Below, piece by piece: positions 60,036 through 64,000 of a stretch of 64,000 nt of DNA. Every line of letters begins with the position of its first letter. Position 1 is the first letter of the stretch. A program made the position numbers and the translations under genes. A model generated the notes under the pieces. That model saw nothing but the letters and a program-made list of their open reading frames with translations, ran no database searches and was not told where the DNA came from. Location: positions 43,419-107,418 of the forward strand of contig DF237003.1 of assembly GCA_000708835.1 (NCBI GenBank), read 5' to 3'. The DNA comes from Klebsormidium nitens (lineage: Eukaryota > Plantae > Klebsormidiophyceae).

Positions 60036-60794
60036 AAAGTTACGTGGTTGCTGATGGCTTGCGGTACAACCAAATACTTGTCTCCAGCGAGCTGGTCTTC
60101 AATTCATTTGCAAAGATGTCCTCAACATAGCCGTTTTGCCCCCGCTCTCTACGTGTCTAACGCAATCGGAGCTTGTGAAAGCATTGGTCGCAGTCTCTCT
60201 TTGAAGCGGATGGATGTCATGTAAAGGACGCTACATGACGTTAAGACTCATGTTATCGAACATCGGTAAATAGCTATATTCTAGTTTCTTGTTGTTCAGT
60301 GTGACACAACGTCGTCAAGCACTCGTTGACTGCAATGGTCAGCTAGTGGACACAACGGACACCGGATGCCTAGCACGGAAACAGCAAGTTAATATTTGGA
60401 AGAAGAATCTTCGAACTTCGAAGGAGGATCGAAGCCAGACAACGATGACCCCTAAGAGCTTGCACATATATACTCCAGCGCCTGTATTCTTCTGGATACC
60501 GCAGTGCGCCTACCGTCACTTACTGCCGCTCTAGCTGCCACTGTTTATTGCATAGATTTCAGGTGTGTAGATGCATATCAGCAGAAGTTTGAGACAGCAT
60601 AATGCGTGTCTACGTGGCATATGATGCAGCCGGACAGGCCAGAAGCTGGCAGTGGGCCGCGAAACCGGCCGGGCACGGCCGCGGGTTTTAAAAGCCGGCC
60701 GCGCGCAGTGACAGTGCGCACGAAATGTCACGGCCGGTTCGACTGGCCGGCGGCCCGGCCACTCTAGCGAGGGTTTTAGACTGGTTTTAGGGGC

Positions 60795-60802
60795 AAACCC
60801 TA
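60795..60802 (+). promoter_or_regulatory. Telo-box (AAACCCTA) upstream of TAD2
   Basis: aaacccta ends 85 bp before the ATG at 60887, just after a GC-rich segment. Confidence 0.45.
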
Positions 60803-60886
60803 TAGCCAGCAGAAGACAAGCAAGACGGTTGCAGCTTGGGAGATGATCGGACGTACGTACAGCTGCAGGCGCATTCAAAGGTGGCA

Positions 60887-63964
<3,078 letters not shown>

Positions 63965-64000
63965 GCCAAATCTGGTCTATAAGAGCCGCAGTCTTTCAGA

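Noticed and set aside
60648-60767. GC-rich CCGG/GGCC segment with loosely inverted ends upstream of TAD2, a possible MITE
   Set aside because: The TIRs are too imperfect and there is no TSD; it could simply be a GC-rich promoter.

Overview
Eukaryotic, intron-rich (GT-AG) nuclear DNA. The gene set (RLK/Pelle kinases, SPO11-2, plant-type U2AF65 and MICU, telo-boxes) points to a streptophyte, most likely a charophyte alga such as Klebsormidium; this is inference. I reconstructed eight multi-exon genes by hand, checking splice sites and phases. Left to right: (1) a decayed intronless Sel1-repeat pseudogene, a decayed ORF and a LINE 3' remnant; (2) a secreted Cys/Pro-rich protein with a phospholipase-A2-like CCxxHDxC core (-); (3) a 17-exon receptor-like kinase with a GGA/FxxN beta-helix + EGF ectodomain (-); (4) a RING-HC protein with an Erf4/GOLGA7-like domain (+); (5) MICU (-), head-to-head with (6) U2AF65 (+); (7) a hAT-type MITE, then an inverted paralog of the receptor kinase carrying an apparent +1 frameshift (+); (8) SPO11-2 (+); (9) TAD2 (+). 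Three observations stand out. U2AF65 has two consecutive pairs of intact, equal-length duplicated exons in RRM2 that look mutually exclusive. The receptor kinase pair has an unusual ectodomain that diverges faster than its kinase. Short tandem duplications spanning splice junctions recur in five genes. Most ORFs in the supplied track are shadow or intronic frames.
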